In this document: one piece after another, positions 36,019 to 46,527 of the stretch
Numbering within the stretch: the first letter of the stretch is position 1
Layout of the letters: each line of letters starts with the position of its first letter
Assembly (NCBI GenBank): GCA_038733315.1
Contig: JAVYPJ010000001.1
Span: forward strand, 263,863-327,862
Length of the DNA stretch: 64,000 nucleotides
Source of the DNA: Candidatus Aenigmatarchaeota archaeon
Lineage (GTDB): Archaea; Aenigmatarchaeota; Aenigmatarchaeia; CG10238-14; SpSt-28
Direction of reading: 5' to 3'
Program-made: the position numbers and the translations under genes
The notes under the pieces: model-generated
Databases searched by the model: none
What the model saw: only the letters and a program-made list of their open reading frames with translations
Told to the model about the DNA's origin: nothing

Positions 36019-37311
36019 ATGAAACTTGCAGCCTTTCACATATTTTTTATTATTTTTTCTGTTTTGTTATTGTCGCTAACTTATTTTTTCTTATACTCTA
36101 ACTTTTTTAGCCATTCCGAAGAAATTTTAAAGGAAAGAAAAATAGATATATTAGAGAATTATAAAAACATTTTCTTAGCATTTTCAAAACTTTCTCTATA
36201 CTATTCTACTACAGCTAATTTAAGATCTGAAACGCATACCTGGATATTTAATGGATTCAATCCTATAGATTTTTCAGAACTGAAAAGATGTAAAGAAAGT
36301 GCGACAAATTATTTTCTAAGTCTCTATATTTCAAAGTTTTTTACGAACTTGCCAATTTCAATTAAATATGATTTCAGAAATACCTGCAAATGGGAAATAT
36401 CTGAAAATGATGTTCTTAGCGGAGTACACGACGAGGGACATTTTTTTTCTAACTGCTCAGATTTGAAAATAATAATTTCTTCTGAAGGAGCATCTTTATC
36501 TGATAATAAAAATATAAGCGCTTTCATATCTAACAATAGATATTGGTATCTCTATAGAAAAATATATAATTGGGCTAAAGAAAAGTCAAGCGAATTTATA
36601 AATTGTATATGTGCTGCTACAGCTTATGGTTGCGAATATGCAAAGGGTTGTTATGAAAAACTTTTTTCATCTTTAGTTGAAACTTTTAAAGAAGATAAAT
36701 ACGTAGTATGTAAAAAACAAAGTAAAGCTATGCTTTGCTGCCATCATGAAACAGGAAATACTTGTCAGAATTATGAAGGTTGTATCGGATGGAGCAAGGG
36801 AAAATGTATATTACCAAAAGAATATATATGTAGTTTTGGTGGTATGCAATCACAAATTAATTATAATGCGGAAGAAAAAATTGAAGTAGAATCTTCTATT
36901 TCTTCGTTGCAATCATACTCTGATTATATAGTCTATAAGACATGTGCTTGGAGAGAGGGTAGAATAGAGACAAGTTCCTTTTTTACGTGCGAAGATTATA
37001 AATATTATGAATCAACACCTACGGGAACTGATAAAATAACTTTCAATATAGGAATTTTCGCAGGTTTTAGGAATGCGTTTGCTTTCTATTCGAATGTAAA
37101 ATGTTTTTATAATAAACAAAAAGCGGAGTGTGATTCCTGTGCAAACAATTTTTGCGAAAAGTGTAGCTTACCTTTAGAGTATTGTGAAAGTTCATCATGC
37201 TTAGATGCTCCGGAAAAAATAAGTTGTAGGAATTGCAGAGTAGAAAAGATTGGAGATAAATATAAAATCATAAGCTGTGAAAAATGTGACGAAAAAGATC
37301 CAAGATGTTAA
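36019..37311 (+). CDS. Single-pass Cys-rich exported protein
   Basis: N-terminal TM and a very Cys-rich C-terminal half. Confidence 0.65.
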   Translation: MKLAAFHIFFIIFSVLLLSLTYFFLYSNFFSHSEEILKERKIDILENYKNIFLAFSKLSLYYSTTANLRSETHTWIFNGFNPIDFSELKRCKESATNYFLSLYISKFFTNLPISIKYDFRNTCKWEISENDVLSGVHDEGHFFSNCSDLKIIISSEGASLSDNKNISAFISNNRYWYLYRKIYNWAKEKSSEFINCICAATAYGCEYAKGCYEKLFSSLVETFKEDKYVVCKKQSKAMLCCHHETGNTCQNYEGCIGWSKGKCILPKEYICSFGGMQSQINYNAEEKIEVESSISSLQSYSDYIVYKTCAWREGRIETSSFFTCEDYKYYESTPTGTDKITFNIGIFAGFRNAFAFYSNVKCFYNKQKAECDSCANNFCEKCSLPLEYCESSSCLDAPEKISCRNCRVEKIGDKYKIISCEKCDEKDPRC

Positions 37312-37317
37312 TAAAAT

Positions 37318-37698
37318 ATGAAAATTGTTGAAATAATATTAATTCTAGTTTTTACTCTATTATCAGTTTTAGCTCTTTTTCAAATTTTATATAAATATAT
37401 GATTAAGGAAGAATTTGAATTCAAAGTATATAGTAAAACCGAAATGATGTTATTAATTAACGAGCTCGTAATAAAATGCTTCAATAAGTTTAAAGATGAA
37501 AAAAATCAAAAGATTTGTTTTAAGGTGAATTATTTTGGAAAGGATAAAATAGAAAATAGAGAAATAAATGATAGGCTATCTCATATAAATATAAAGACTT
37601 ATGTAATTCTTGACTATATTGAAAAGAATAATACAATCTTTTTTATTTATGCAGAAGACGGAATATACATCAAAAAAACTGAAAATATCGCTATTTAA
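37318..37698 (+). CDS. Small pilin-like protein
   Basis: N-terminal hydrophobic helix then a C...C pair (KCF...ICF). Confidence 0.55.
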   Translation: MKIVEIILILVFTLLSVLALFQILYKYMIKEEFEFKVYSKTEMMLLINELVIKCFNKFKDEKNQKICFKVNYFGKDKIENREINDRLSHINIKTYVILDYIEKNNTIFFIYAEDGIYIKKTENIAI

Positions 37699-37712
37699 CC
37701 AAAAATAATTTT

Positions 37713-39785
37713 ATGATTTCTGAAGAAAAACTTCAAAAATTAAAAAGAGAATTTTCTGAGGTTTATGTAGATTTTTATCTTAAAGAGCTTGAAAAACAGA
37801 TTAGAAGAAATTGGTATGAGAAGTTATGCTATTTTTCATCTAAAATAATTCCAATCAAGGTAACTAATAAAAAATTGGCAGAGGATATAATATTTTCCGG
37901 TTTAAATACCTTTCCGCACGAAGTTTATTCGTTATCGATTTTTTTGTTTTTAGTATCTTTTCTAATTCTTATACCGATATATTTTGTTTTTAGTGATTTG
38001 GGAATTTTCATATTCGCAATTCCATTTGGGTTAGCGTATTTAATCTATAACTATCCATCTTTTAGAGCGCAAGTAAACAAAATACAAACTAATAACGAAG
38101 CAATAAAAATAGTAACTTATTTGGTTTTATATTTAGAGCATAATCCTAATTTCGAAGCTGCTATAGAGTTTGCTTCTAAGAAAGTTAGGGGCATATTAAG
38201 TGATGATTTGAAAAAAATAGTTTGGGACTTAAAGATTGGAAGATTTTCTCGTTTGAAAGATGCTTTAGAATTCTATGCTCCTAAGTGGATGAAATGGAAT
38301 GAAAATTTTTTAAGAACTTTAATTCTTCTTTCTAATGTTGGATATATATCTTCTTATGAAGAAAGAAAGAATATTCTTTCTAAGGCCTTAGATTTCGTAC
38401 TAACAAAAAATTTAGAGGAAACAAAAGTATATGTAGAAAAAGTTAGGGGTCCAGTAACTATGCTTTTTATGTTCGGTCTTTTAATGCCATCCATAGGTCT
38501 AATAATGTTTCCTATGATTTCAGTTTTCATGCATTTTTCAGTAAAACCAGGATATCTAATTTTTGGTTATTTAGTAGTTTTGCCAATAATTAATCTCTAT
38601 CTAATATTTAGAATTATATCTTTAAGGCCAGGAGCTTTTTTAATAGTGGATATTTCTAAACATCCAAAATTACCGCCAATTAACTATTTTTATTTTGGAA
38701 AAAAATTAGTTCCGATAATTCCTCTTTCGGTTTTAACATTTTTACTAATAAGTTTTTTTGGTATTCTGCATTTCTTAGATTTTTATTCTCAATACTATGA
38801 GCTTCAAGAGTTAGGTATGGTTAAAAAATTAGAGGAGCTTGTAAAAAAAGAGAACGATATAAAAAACATAGGTAATTTAATAGCAAGTTTTTTAATACCA
38901 GCTGGTTTTGGTATTGCTGCGTATTTATATTTTTATTTAAACTCATTTCAAAGAATAAAGATAAGAAAGGAAATAAAAGATATTGAAGAAGATTTACCAA
39001 ATCTTTTAATTACTAGTGGAAATTTTTTAGAATCTGGATATCCTATAGAAAAGGTTATAGAAAAAACTCTAGAAGAATATGAAAGGCTTGGTTTGAAGGA
39101 AAAAGCGGGTTATAAATTCTTTTCTGCTCTCAGAGAAAGAATTTTGAAGTTTGGTGAAAACATTAACTTAGCAATTTTTGGAAAGGGCGGATTAATTAAC
39201 TACTTTCCATCTGCTATTTTAGAGGAAGTTTTTAGAATTTTAGTAGATACAACTTACAAGAGTGTTAAAAGCGCAGGTAGCATAGCAAAAACCATAGCAA
39301 AGTATTTAGAAAACATTTCTCAGGTGGAGTTTAGATTAAAGGAGTTGCTTAGCGATGTAAGGGGGAATTTAAAAATGCAAGCCCAATTTTTAATACCAAT
39401 AATAACTGGAATAGTTTCTTCTACAGGAATATTTATTATTAATATGTTAGTTGTGCTTGGAGATTTTCTTGGAGAGTTAGAGAAAAGTTTCGGAATTTCT
39501 GGAGGATTTGAGGATATAATTAATGTATTGGTTGGTGATTTTAAAAAAGTTATTCCATTAACGGTTTTGCAGAGTGTTGTTGGATGTTACACTATAATAG
39601 CAATAATATTAATGTCTTATTTATTATCTGGGGTAGAAAGTGGTTTCGATAGAGTTGCGAGAGATTATGAAATAGCAGAAAACTTGAAATTTGGATTAAT
39701 AATATATTTTATAATGGGAATACTTAGTTTAGTTGTTTTTTCTCAGATAGCATCTCAAATAGGAAGCGGAATGAAATTAGATTAA
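37713..39785 (+). CDS. Type IV pilus/T2SS-F platform membrane protein (TadC/ArlJ-like, two domains)
   Basis: Polytopic, with two cytoplasmic domains (PNFEAAIEFA...G.L..DLK; EEDLP..L...G..L.SG.PIE). Confidence 0.75.
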   Translation: MISEEKLQKLKREFSEVYVDFYLKELEKQIRRNWYEKLCYFSSKIIPIKVTNKKLAEDIIFSGLNTFPHEVYSLSIFLFLVSFLILIPIYFVFSDLGIFIFAIPFGLAYLIYNYPSFRAQVNKIQTNNEAIKIVTYLVLYLEHNPNFEAAIEFASKKVRGILSDDLKKIVWDLKIGRFSRLKDALEFYAPKWMKWNENFLRTLILLSNVGYISSYEERKNILSKALDFVLTKNLEETKVYVEKVRGPVTMLFMFGLLMPSIGLIMFPMISVFMHFSVKPGYLIFGYLVVLPIINLYLIFRIISLRPGAFLIVDISKHPKLPPINYFYFGKKLVPIIPLSVLTFLLISFFGILHFLDFYSQYYELQELGMVKKLEELVKKENDIKNIGNLIASFLIPAGFGIAAYLYFYLNSFQRIKIRKEIKDIEEDLPNLLITSGNFLESGYPIEKVIEKTLEEYERLGLKEKAGYKFFSALRERILKFGENINLAIFGKGGLINYFPSAILEEVFRILVDTTYKSVKSAGSIAKTIAKYLENISQVEFRLKELLSDVRGNLKMQAQFLIPIITGIVSSTGIFIINMLVVLGDFLGELEKSFGISGGFEDIINVLVGDFKKVIPLTVLQSVVGCYTIIAIILMSYLLSGVESGFDRVARDYEIAENLKFGLIIYFIMGILSLVVFSQIASQIGSGMKLD

Positions 39786-39786
39786 C

Positions 39787-40158
39787 ATGTTACCTCTAAA
39801 CATAATTTTTTTGGTTATAATTTCCTTGGCTGTGTTGATAATAGTTGGTAGCTTGATTGTTAAGTATAGAATAATTTCGATGGATAAAATATTAGAATGG
39901 TTGTTTGTTTACGAACCAAGTTATAATTATCAAAGCTGCGTTACTGAATTTATAAAAAAAGATAACTTAAATCTCGATAGTTTTTGTAGAGCTTGTAAAG
40001 ATTTAGGAAAAAAGGTTAAAAGGAGTTGTTATTGTTTTGTTGTTTATGGCAAGAATTTAGAGTTTGGTTCTGAATGTAAAATTTCTAATGAATGCAATGG
40101 TAACGTATTTTTAATAAAATATGAACTTTCTAAGGATTCTTCTTTTATTGAATGTTAA
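39787..40158 (+). CDS. Small Cys-rich pilin-like protein
   Basis: MLPLNIIFLVIISLAVLII then CxxC and further cysteines. Confidence 0.55.
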   Translation: MLPLNIIFLVIISLAVLIIVGSLIVKYRIISMDKILEWLFVYEPSYNYQSCVTEFIKKDNLNLDSFCRACKDLGKKVKRSCYCFVVYGKNLEFGSECKISNECNGNVFLIKYELSKDSSFIEC

Positions 40159-40627
40159 TTTTATTAGCTTCTCTAGTTAATTTATAGCTTATGCTAAATT
40201 CTTTAATTCCGTAAAAGGATTTTAATAAATAATCTATTAGTGTTGATTTTTCTTCGAAGTAATAGGATTTCATAGTTATATTGCAGCTTAATTTTTCACA
40301 TTTTATTCTATAGTTTTTATAGGACAAGCAAATAAAATTACCTTCAATTACTTTATCCTTAATTTCTTCAAAATTGTTTATTTTTGTTATATCTGTATAA
40401 TACGCGAAAATAGCTATAACGTTTTCGTTTACTACAATTTTTTCATACTCTTGTGTAAATGGAAAACTAAAACAAAGATTTTCTAGCTTATTTTTGAAAT
40501 TAGTAAAGCTATTAAAAACGTTATTTCTACTTTCGTTCTCTCTGAAAATAGCGAGTGAATATATGAGCGAAGATATTATTATCATAGATAGAAGAGATGC
40601 TAAAATTATTTGGAAAGGAATTTCCAT
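40145..40627 (-). CDS. Pilin-like protein
   Basis: MEIPFQIILASLLSMIII hydrophobic helix; LC and C..C..LSC pattern. Confidence 0.55.
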   Translation of the reverse strand: MEIPFQIILASLLSMIIISSLIYSLAIFRENESRNNVFNSFTNFKNKLENLCFSFPFTQEYEKIVVNENVIAIFAYYTDITKINNFEEIKDKVIEGNFICLSYKNYRIKCEKLSCNITMKSYYFEEKSTLIDYLLKSFYGIKEFSISYKLTREANKINIQ

Positions 40628-40629
40628 GA

Positions 40630-41031
40630 TTAGTTTAAAATGTAAACAAATTTATTCGTTTTATCATAGGCAATTAACATAGTGTTTTTGGAATCATCAA
40701 AGTTATCTCGATTTATTCTTACATTTTGAATTTCTAAATTATTTATATTTAGAAAAGGCTCTGAAGATTTTAAATAATAGCATGGAAAGATTTTTTTATT
40801 AAGTTTGCTATTCTCAGATTTTTGAATGCACATCATTATAAATTCCTTTAATAGATTCTCACTAAACGATTTTTTTTCTATTATTTCTATTTCGAACTCC
40901 TCTTTTGGTTGTTTTTCTGAGAAAAAATTAATTATTAAATTTTTAATGTCTATAAAAAAGGATATAACAACTAATGCAGCTATCATAGATATAATAAATA
41001 TAAATACAGTTTCGACAGCTAAGACTTTCAT
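40630..41031 (-). CDS. Pilin-like protein
   Basis: MKVLAVETVFIFIIS...; C...CY pair. Confidence 0.6.
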   Translation of the reverse strand: MKVLAVETVFIFIISMIAALVVISFFIDIKNLIINFFSEKQPKEEFEIEIIEKKSFSENLLKEFIMMCIQKSENSKLNKKIFPCYYLKSSEPFLNINNLEIQNVRINRDNFDDSKNTMLIAYDKTNKFVYILN

Positions 41032-41561
41032 ACTATAATTTCAATTTGGCTAGTATTTAGATATTTTATTATTACAATATCATCTTTTTCTATAAAATCT
41101 TTATTTACGCTCCAAATTATGTCATCTCTATAACCACATCCAAATGATTTATATTGTAACGTTCTACAATTATCAAAGTCTATTAGTGCATCACTAATAT
41201 TTTTTTGGGATATAAATATTTCTGTTGGTCCTCTAAAATAAATTTTATAACAATAGTGGGTTTCTAGGTTTGAATATTTTTCGGCATCTAGCCAGCATTT
41301 TAATAAATATGATGAAAACATCCTTATAGCATCTTCTTCGTTTTTATATCTGATTGTTATACTTTCTATTTTATTTTTTTCATCTTTACATCTATCTGGT
41401 ATTTTTTCTGTTGGAAAGATTTTTGTATATACATTACAATAAAAAAAATCTGGAATTTTCTCTTTCCAGAAAAAGAATATAGAAGCAGAGATTACTATCA
41501 TTGCAACTCCAATAATAAAAAACCAAGTAGTTTCGATGGCTATTAGCTTCATATTTTTCAT
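41028..41561 (-). CDS. Pilin-like protein
   Basis: MKLIAIETTWFFIIG...; KCW...CY pair. Confidence 0.6.
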   Translation of the reverse strand: MKNMKLIAIETTWFFIIGVAMIVISASIFFFWKEKIPDFFYCNVYTKIFPTEKIPDRCKDEKNKIESITIRYKNEEDAIRMFSSYLLKCWLDAEKYSNLETHYCYKIYFRGPTEIFISQKNISDALIDFDNCRTLQYKSFGCGYRDDIIWSVNKDFIEKDDIVIIKYLNTSQIEIIV

Positions 41562-41584
41562 TTATATTTTTTGAATAAATATAT

Positions 41585-41944
41585 ATGGGGAAGAAAGTTT
41601 CAAAAAAACCAAGAAAGCAGAGGAAATTATTATTTAGAGCTCCTAAGCATTTGAGAAGGAAAATGTTAAGCGCTCATCTAAGTAAAGAATTAAGAGAAAA
41701 GTTAAAAAGAAGAAGTCTGCCTTTAAGAAAGGGGGATGAAGTTAAGATAATGAGGGGGAAGTTTAAAGGAAAAATAGGGAAGGTTTTGAGGGTTAGTTAT
41801 AAGAAATATAGAATTTATGTTGAAGGGTGTACTAAAAAAACAGCAAGAGGCGAAGAAAAATTAGTCGCTATTCATCCTTCAAAAGTTATGATAGTTAATT
41901 TAAATTTAGAGGATAAATGGAGAGCTGAAAAGTTAAAGATATAA
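41585..41944 (+). CDS. rpl24: 50S ribosomal protein uL24
   Basis: [42 protein letters not shown]. Confidence 0.97.
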   Translation: MGKKVSKKPRKQRKLLFRAPKHLRRKMLSAHLSKELREKLKRRSLPLRKGDEVKIMRGKFKGKIGKVLRVSYKKYRIYVEGCTKKTARGEEKLVAIHPSKVMIVNLNLEDKWRAEKLKI

Positions 41945-41958
41945 AAAAGATATATTTT

Positions 41959-44900
41959 ATGGTGCGTCTAAGGTGCATCTTTTTTTTATTTATAGTTTTT
42001 ACATGTTTCTTGTTTTCTTCATATTCTGCATGTACTAAAAGTTATTATTCTGAAGCTTTTACAGATAGTGGGTGTAATAATAAAATAACAGATAGTTTAT
42101 GGATTATGGGTTGGGGCTGGGGAGATAGTTGTTTTATTGGTATCAAGTCGGACTATAACTATATATACACAAAAAGTCTGCTAGGGTGTGGAAAAATAGA
42201 GGCAAATTTTTACAGGAATGTAAGTACATATAAGAAAAATGATAGAGGAAAAACGTGTGTGGTCGCACACGGTAGTTATTTTTCTTGTGATACCAAATCT
42301 GGAAATTACGACGATATTAGAAACATGTGTATGCTTTGTAATGGAAATAAAGCTATGAAAGTTTATGGGTGTTCCGGTAATAGTATTAAAGAAATTGATT
42401 ATTCTCCTAGCGGTTTATGTAGTGTGGCCTGTGGTGCTAACGAGTTTTGTGACGGATTACATAATCAATTTGAGCCGTACCGGCTTAGTTCAAACAACAA
42501 AGTCTATTGCAATTCTACTTCTTGTAACCCAATAGAATGTAATAAAAATAATGTTTGTATGAGAGTTCCCTATGGGGTATACGATTTAGTTTGTGTCTAT
42601 TATGATAACGATTTTATCTGGTTAAATTCTTTTTCGGTTGATGTTCTAAAAGAAAATCTTTGTTCAGATGGTATAGATAACGATTGCGACGGAAAAAAAG
42701 ATGCTGAAGATGAGGATTGTTGGTGTAATGTTGAGAAAATAGAATTAATAGTTTCTGGCGGTAATGATTATGAAAACATAGATGGTGGTATTCTCATTAG
42801 TGGTTGTCAGGGAAAAATTGAATTTACTGCATTAATTAAGACTGATAAAGAATGTCAAAAAGACAGGGATTTTAAAGTAGATATAAAAGACTCGAATAAC
42901 AATGTTGTTACATCATTTACTGTAAAAGTCCAAAACAGACAATCAACAGGTTATGGCTCCGGAACTATAGCATTTAGTAAAAATGATATACAAAAATTAT
43001 CTAAGACGTATTTCGCAGTAGCTGAAAATAATAAAGAATCTAACAGAGTAAATTTAAATTTTTGTTGTGTGGAAATAAATTCATTTGATTTAAATCCTCA
43101 ATCGGTAAATAAATGTAATGAAGATATACGACTAAAAGCTAATATAAACTATAATTCAATCGGAAAATGTAGTACAAAATCAATAAACATAATAGATCAG
43201 AATGGAAAAGATTTCTGTAAAATTGGCTTATTAGATAATAAGAACAGTTATTCAGCTTCATGTGAAGACTCATATAGAACACCTCAAACTTCAACAACTT
43301 TAAAATTTTTTGCACAACCTGAGACTAGAATAGGTGAAGCGAAGGAAGCTTCTTTAAATGTTAATTGTGGGCAAGAAGATTGTAAGGTTCTTAATTTTAA
43401 ATTCATATCTTTCAATCCATCTTCCGCTACAAAAGACCAATGTGGAAAGCAGATTCAATTAGAGGCTAAAGTAGATTATTCTACTTCTGGAAATTGCGCT
43501 AATAAATATGTTGAAATTAGGGACGAAAATAATGTAAAGCTATGTGAAATTTCTGTTGGTACAAATCAGAAATCTTGTACAGGAAAATATAACATTCCTT
43601 CTACTACTAAAAAAATTAAGTTTTCTGCGGTATTTAGCGGTCAAGGTAATTTAGATAGTAGTTATTTTGATGTTAATTGTGAGCAGCAATGCCAAATTAC
43701 TAATTTAAATCTTAACGTTACTCAACTCTCAAAAGTAAATTGCAGAGAAGATGCTAAATTTGAAATAAACGTAACTGGAAGTCAACAGAATTGCAATAAT
43801 CTTCAAGCATTAGTTTTTATTGATAATCAAAAGGTTGGAAGTATAAGTTGTAATATAAAACAAAATAATCTGTTCGAATGTAAGGGAAATATTCAACATA
43901 ATATTCAGTCATCTGGAACGAAAGAATTTAAAGTAGACGTTAATGGAAAAATCACAACTAAAAACGTTAATTTAAATTGCTTAGAGTGTAGTGTAAAGTC
44001 AATAACTATTGGCGATGTTTATCAAAAAACAAAGAAGAATTGTAATAAAGTATCAGAATTTAATGTTAGTATATCAAATATTCAATTAGAGAACTGTAAT
44101 AGTGCTGAATTAACGTTTGAGGTTTGGAGTGCTACAGACAAAAAAATTTCTAAGAAAAAAATATGTGATAAAAATAATTTATCAGATTGTTATATTGATT
44201 TTTCACTAATGATTGAAAAAAATTCAGAAAGTTTTAAAATTATAGTAAAATATAAAGACAAGAATATAGGCGAGAAAAGTTTTAATGCATTATGCTTTGA
44301 TTGTAAGATTAAATCTGTAAAAATTTCAACTAATCAAAATGAGATAAATTCGTGTCCATTCAATCTAAGATTTAACATTTCGATGGAAACTGAAAATTGT
44401 AGAGACGACACTGATATATTTGCTAGGATTGAGAAAGATGAAAAAGAAGTTTTGAGCAATTTATTAATAAAACTAAAAACTAAGAATAATAAAGCAGAAG
44501 TTTATAATATACCTTTATTAATCGAGGATTCATCATATAGCGGAAAGTATTATGTAAAGGTAGATAATTTTAATTTAAAGTCTAATGAAATAGACATAAA
44601 AGTTAATTGCGATAATACAAAATGTAAAGAATTTGGAGTAATAGCTTTAAATAATTATAGTATGTACATTTTATTTACTGGAGAGAACTGTGCGAAGTTT
44701 TCCAATGCAGTTAAGGGGGTTGAGTTTAATTATGAAAATGTTAAAGAAAAATGTAGTGCGTCATCGAAAAAATGTAAATATTACTGGAATAAAATTATAG
44801 GTAGAGAAAATAGCTATGCGCTTTTTATAGATATAAGTGGCTTCTCTAATCAAAAAAATCATTTTTGTGATTTTAAAGGTGCAAATATTACTGTTACTTT

Positions 44901-45774
44901 TGAGGATGGATATAGTGAAATAGTAGATTTTGATGATATATGTAAAGAGTATGAAAAGATTACAGAATCTCTTTTACAAACTCAAAAAATAGTAGATAAA
45001 CTTAAACTTCCTGGAGACGAATCTGTTTACGTTGAGTTAATATTTCCAAACGGAAAGAGAGTCCGCTTAATTCCAGATTCTGATAATTCTGATAATATTG
45101 TTAAGTTAGATGACCAGGAATTCGTTGGAAAAGAGGCAATTTTAAGAATCTGTAAAGACAAAGAAACAAATATACTCTGTAGCCAAGAAACTATAGTAGT
45201 TGGAAGCGTTTCTGAGAAAATAACTATAAATAAGGGGCTTAATTTATGCTATATACCTTTTAGTGCTGTAAGGTTTATTGCTCCATATGGAACATATATT
45301 TATTATTATTTTGAAGATGGTTGGATAGCTTACGTGACGCATAAAGGGGAGATTATCAAAACCAAAAATAGGGAAAAGCTGGATTATGGAACTTTGTTTG
45401 ATAGAATCCCGGTTCATTACGCTACTTGGATTTATTCTAAAAACGAAATAACATTACCGATAATAGATTTAAGAGACAGAATTATATCAATTGAAGCAAA
45501 TAAATGGCATATAATGGTTATTCCGAACCTTACGAATATAGATGTTTCTGGGGATTTCGATTTTGTGAAAATATATTGGTATGAGAATAATGTGTGGATG
45601 TTGCTTGAGTTACCATCCAAGAAAGTTTATAAGTATAATTATGGTTATAAGAGCTGGCGTTTAATCGAGGATTCTAATGAGGCTGAGAGGATTATAGAAA
45701 GGGGCAATCCATGTAAGGCTTATTTTGTATACGCCAAATCTAACAAAAATATAAATATAAATATAAGATTGTAA
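41959..45774 (+). CDS. Large Cys-rich secreted protein with tandem ~100-aa beta-sandwich repeats
   Basis: Signal peptide, Cys-rich head, CSDGIDNDCDG..D..D.DC motif, repeats joined by C-x(0-4)-C linkers. Confidence 0.8.
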   Translation: MVRLRCIFFLFIVFTCFLFSSYSACTKSYYSEAFTDSGCNNKITDSLWIMGWGWGDSCFIGIKSDYNYIYTKSLLGCGKIEANFYRNVSTYKKNDRGKTCVVAHGSYFSCDTKSGNYDDIRNMCMLCNGNKAMKVYGCSGNSIKEIDYSPSGLCSVACGANEFCDGLHNQFEPYRLSSNNKVYCNSTSCNPIECNKNNVCMRVPYGVYDLVCVYYDNDFIWLNSFSVDVLKENLCSDGIDNDCDGKKDAEDEDCWCNVEKIELIVSGGNDYENIDGGILISGCQGKIEFTALIKTDKECQKDRDFKVDIKDSNNNVVTSFTVKVQNRQSTGYGSGTIAFSKNDIQKLSKTYFAVAENNKESNRVNLNFCCVEINSFDLNPQSVNKCNEDIRLKANINYNSIGKCSTKSINIIDQNGKDFCKIGLLDNKNSYSASCEDSYRTPQTSTTLKFFAQPETRIGEAKEASLNVNCGQEDCKVLNFKFISFNPSSATKDQCGKQIQLEAKVDYSTSGNCANKYVEIRDENNVKLCEISVGTNQKSCTGKYNIPSTTKKIKFSAVFSGQGNLDSSYFDVNCEQQCQITNLNLNVTQLSKVNCREDAKFEINVTGSQQNCNNLQALVFIDNQKVGSISCNIKQNNLFECKGNIQHNIQSSGTKEFKVDVNGKITTKNVNLNCLECSVKSITIGDVYQKTKKNCNKVSEFNVSISNIQLENCNSAELTFEVWSATDKKISKKKICDKNNLSDCYIDFSLMIEKNSESFKIIVKYKDKNIGEKSFNALCFDCKIKSVKISTNQNEINSCPFNLRFNISMETENCRDDTDIFARIEKDEKEVLSNLLIKLKTKNNKAEVYNIPLLIEDSSYSGKYYVKVDNFNLKSNEIDIKVNCDNTKCKEFGVIALNNYSMYILFTGENCAKFSNAVKGVEFNYENVKEKCSASSKKCKYYWNKIIGRENSYALFIDISGFSNQKNHFCDFKGANITVTFEDGYSEIVDFDDICKEYEKITESLLQTQKIVDKLKLPGDESVYVELIFPNGKRVRLIPDSDNSDNIVKLDDQEFVGKEAILRICKDKETNILCSQETIVVGSVSEKITINKGLNLCYIPFSAVRFIAPYGTYIYYYFEDGWIAYVTHKGEIIKTKNREKLDYGTLFDRIPVHYATWIYSKNEITLPIIDLRDRIISIEANKWHIMVIPNLTNIDVSGDFDFVKIYWYENNVWMLLELPSKKVYKYNYGYKSWRLIEDSNEAERIIERGNPCKAYFVYAKSNKNININIRL

Positions 45775-45788
45775 TATAACATAATGTT

Positions 45789-46478
45789 ATGGTAAAGTTG
45801 TTTACTGCGATAGAAATAGTTTTTATGATTTTTATTTTGATTGTTGTAGTTTTGGTTGTCATTCAAATGGTTACCAAATATGTGAGTCCTCAGAAAATTA
45901 ACCCGTATATAGAAAATATTCAGGAGCTTGCAAAAAAAGATTATATAAGACAGTTTTGTGATAATCTTTGTTCCGCAGTTAAAGCAGCTACTAATGAGGG
46001 AGATAGGTTGCAATCTATGGCTAACTGGTGTTCAATAAAAATAACAGATAGAGGAAAGGACTACATAGATATCGTAGAAGATGGGATTCCTAGTTTTTAT
46101 GTAATTGCGGGGTATCCATATTGTGAAGCCGGAACTTACTGTTTTAATTTTTATACATGTGATGCTGGAATAACTATAGACATTAAGGAATGTAGAAGAA
46201 TTCTCTGTGAATATTATTATAAAAAAGAGGGTGACACCTTAAGCGCAACAAATGCAGTAAAAAAAGTAATAGATTGGGGTAAGTGTTCGGTGAGATCGGA
46301 GTTGTTAGGTGGTAAAACATTGTTAAAAACCTCGGCAGATTGGTGGTATAAAAAATATTTTGATATTAGGGGGGATTTTTGCAGTACTTTAATTAGTGGG
46401 GGAGAAATTGTAGAGGGTGGTGAATCCGAAGAAGATAATTTTCCACCAGAATTCGGGGAATTGCTCCCACCAGTTTAG
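45789..46478 (+). CDS. Pilin-like Cys-rich protein
   Basis: MVKLFTAIEIVFMIFILIVVVLVVI; C..LC and further cysteines. Confidence 0.6.
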   Translation: MVKLFTAIEIVFMIFILIVVVLVVIQMVTKYVSPQKINPYIENIQELAKKDYIRQFCDNLCSAVKAATNEGDRLQSMANWCSIKITDRGKDYIDIVEDGIPSFYVIAGYPYCEAGTYCFNFYTCDAGITIDIKECRRILCEYYYKKEGDTLSATNAVKKVIDWGKCSVRSELLGGKTLLKTSADWWYKKYFDIRGDFCSTLISGGEIVEGGESEEDNFPPEFGELLPPV

Positions 46479-46527
46479 ATATTCATAAGCGGCATAATAT
46501 TTTAGAAGAAATAATCGATTTTTGTAC

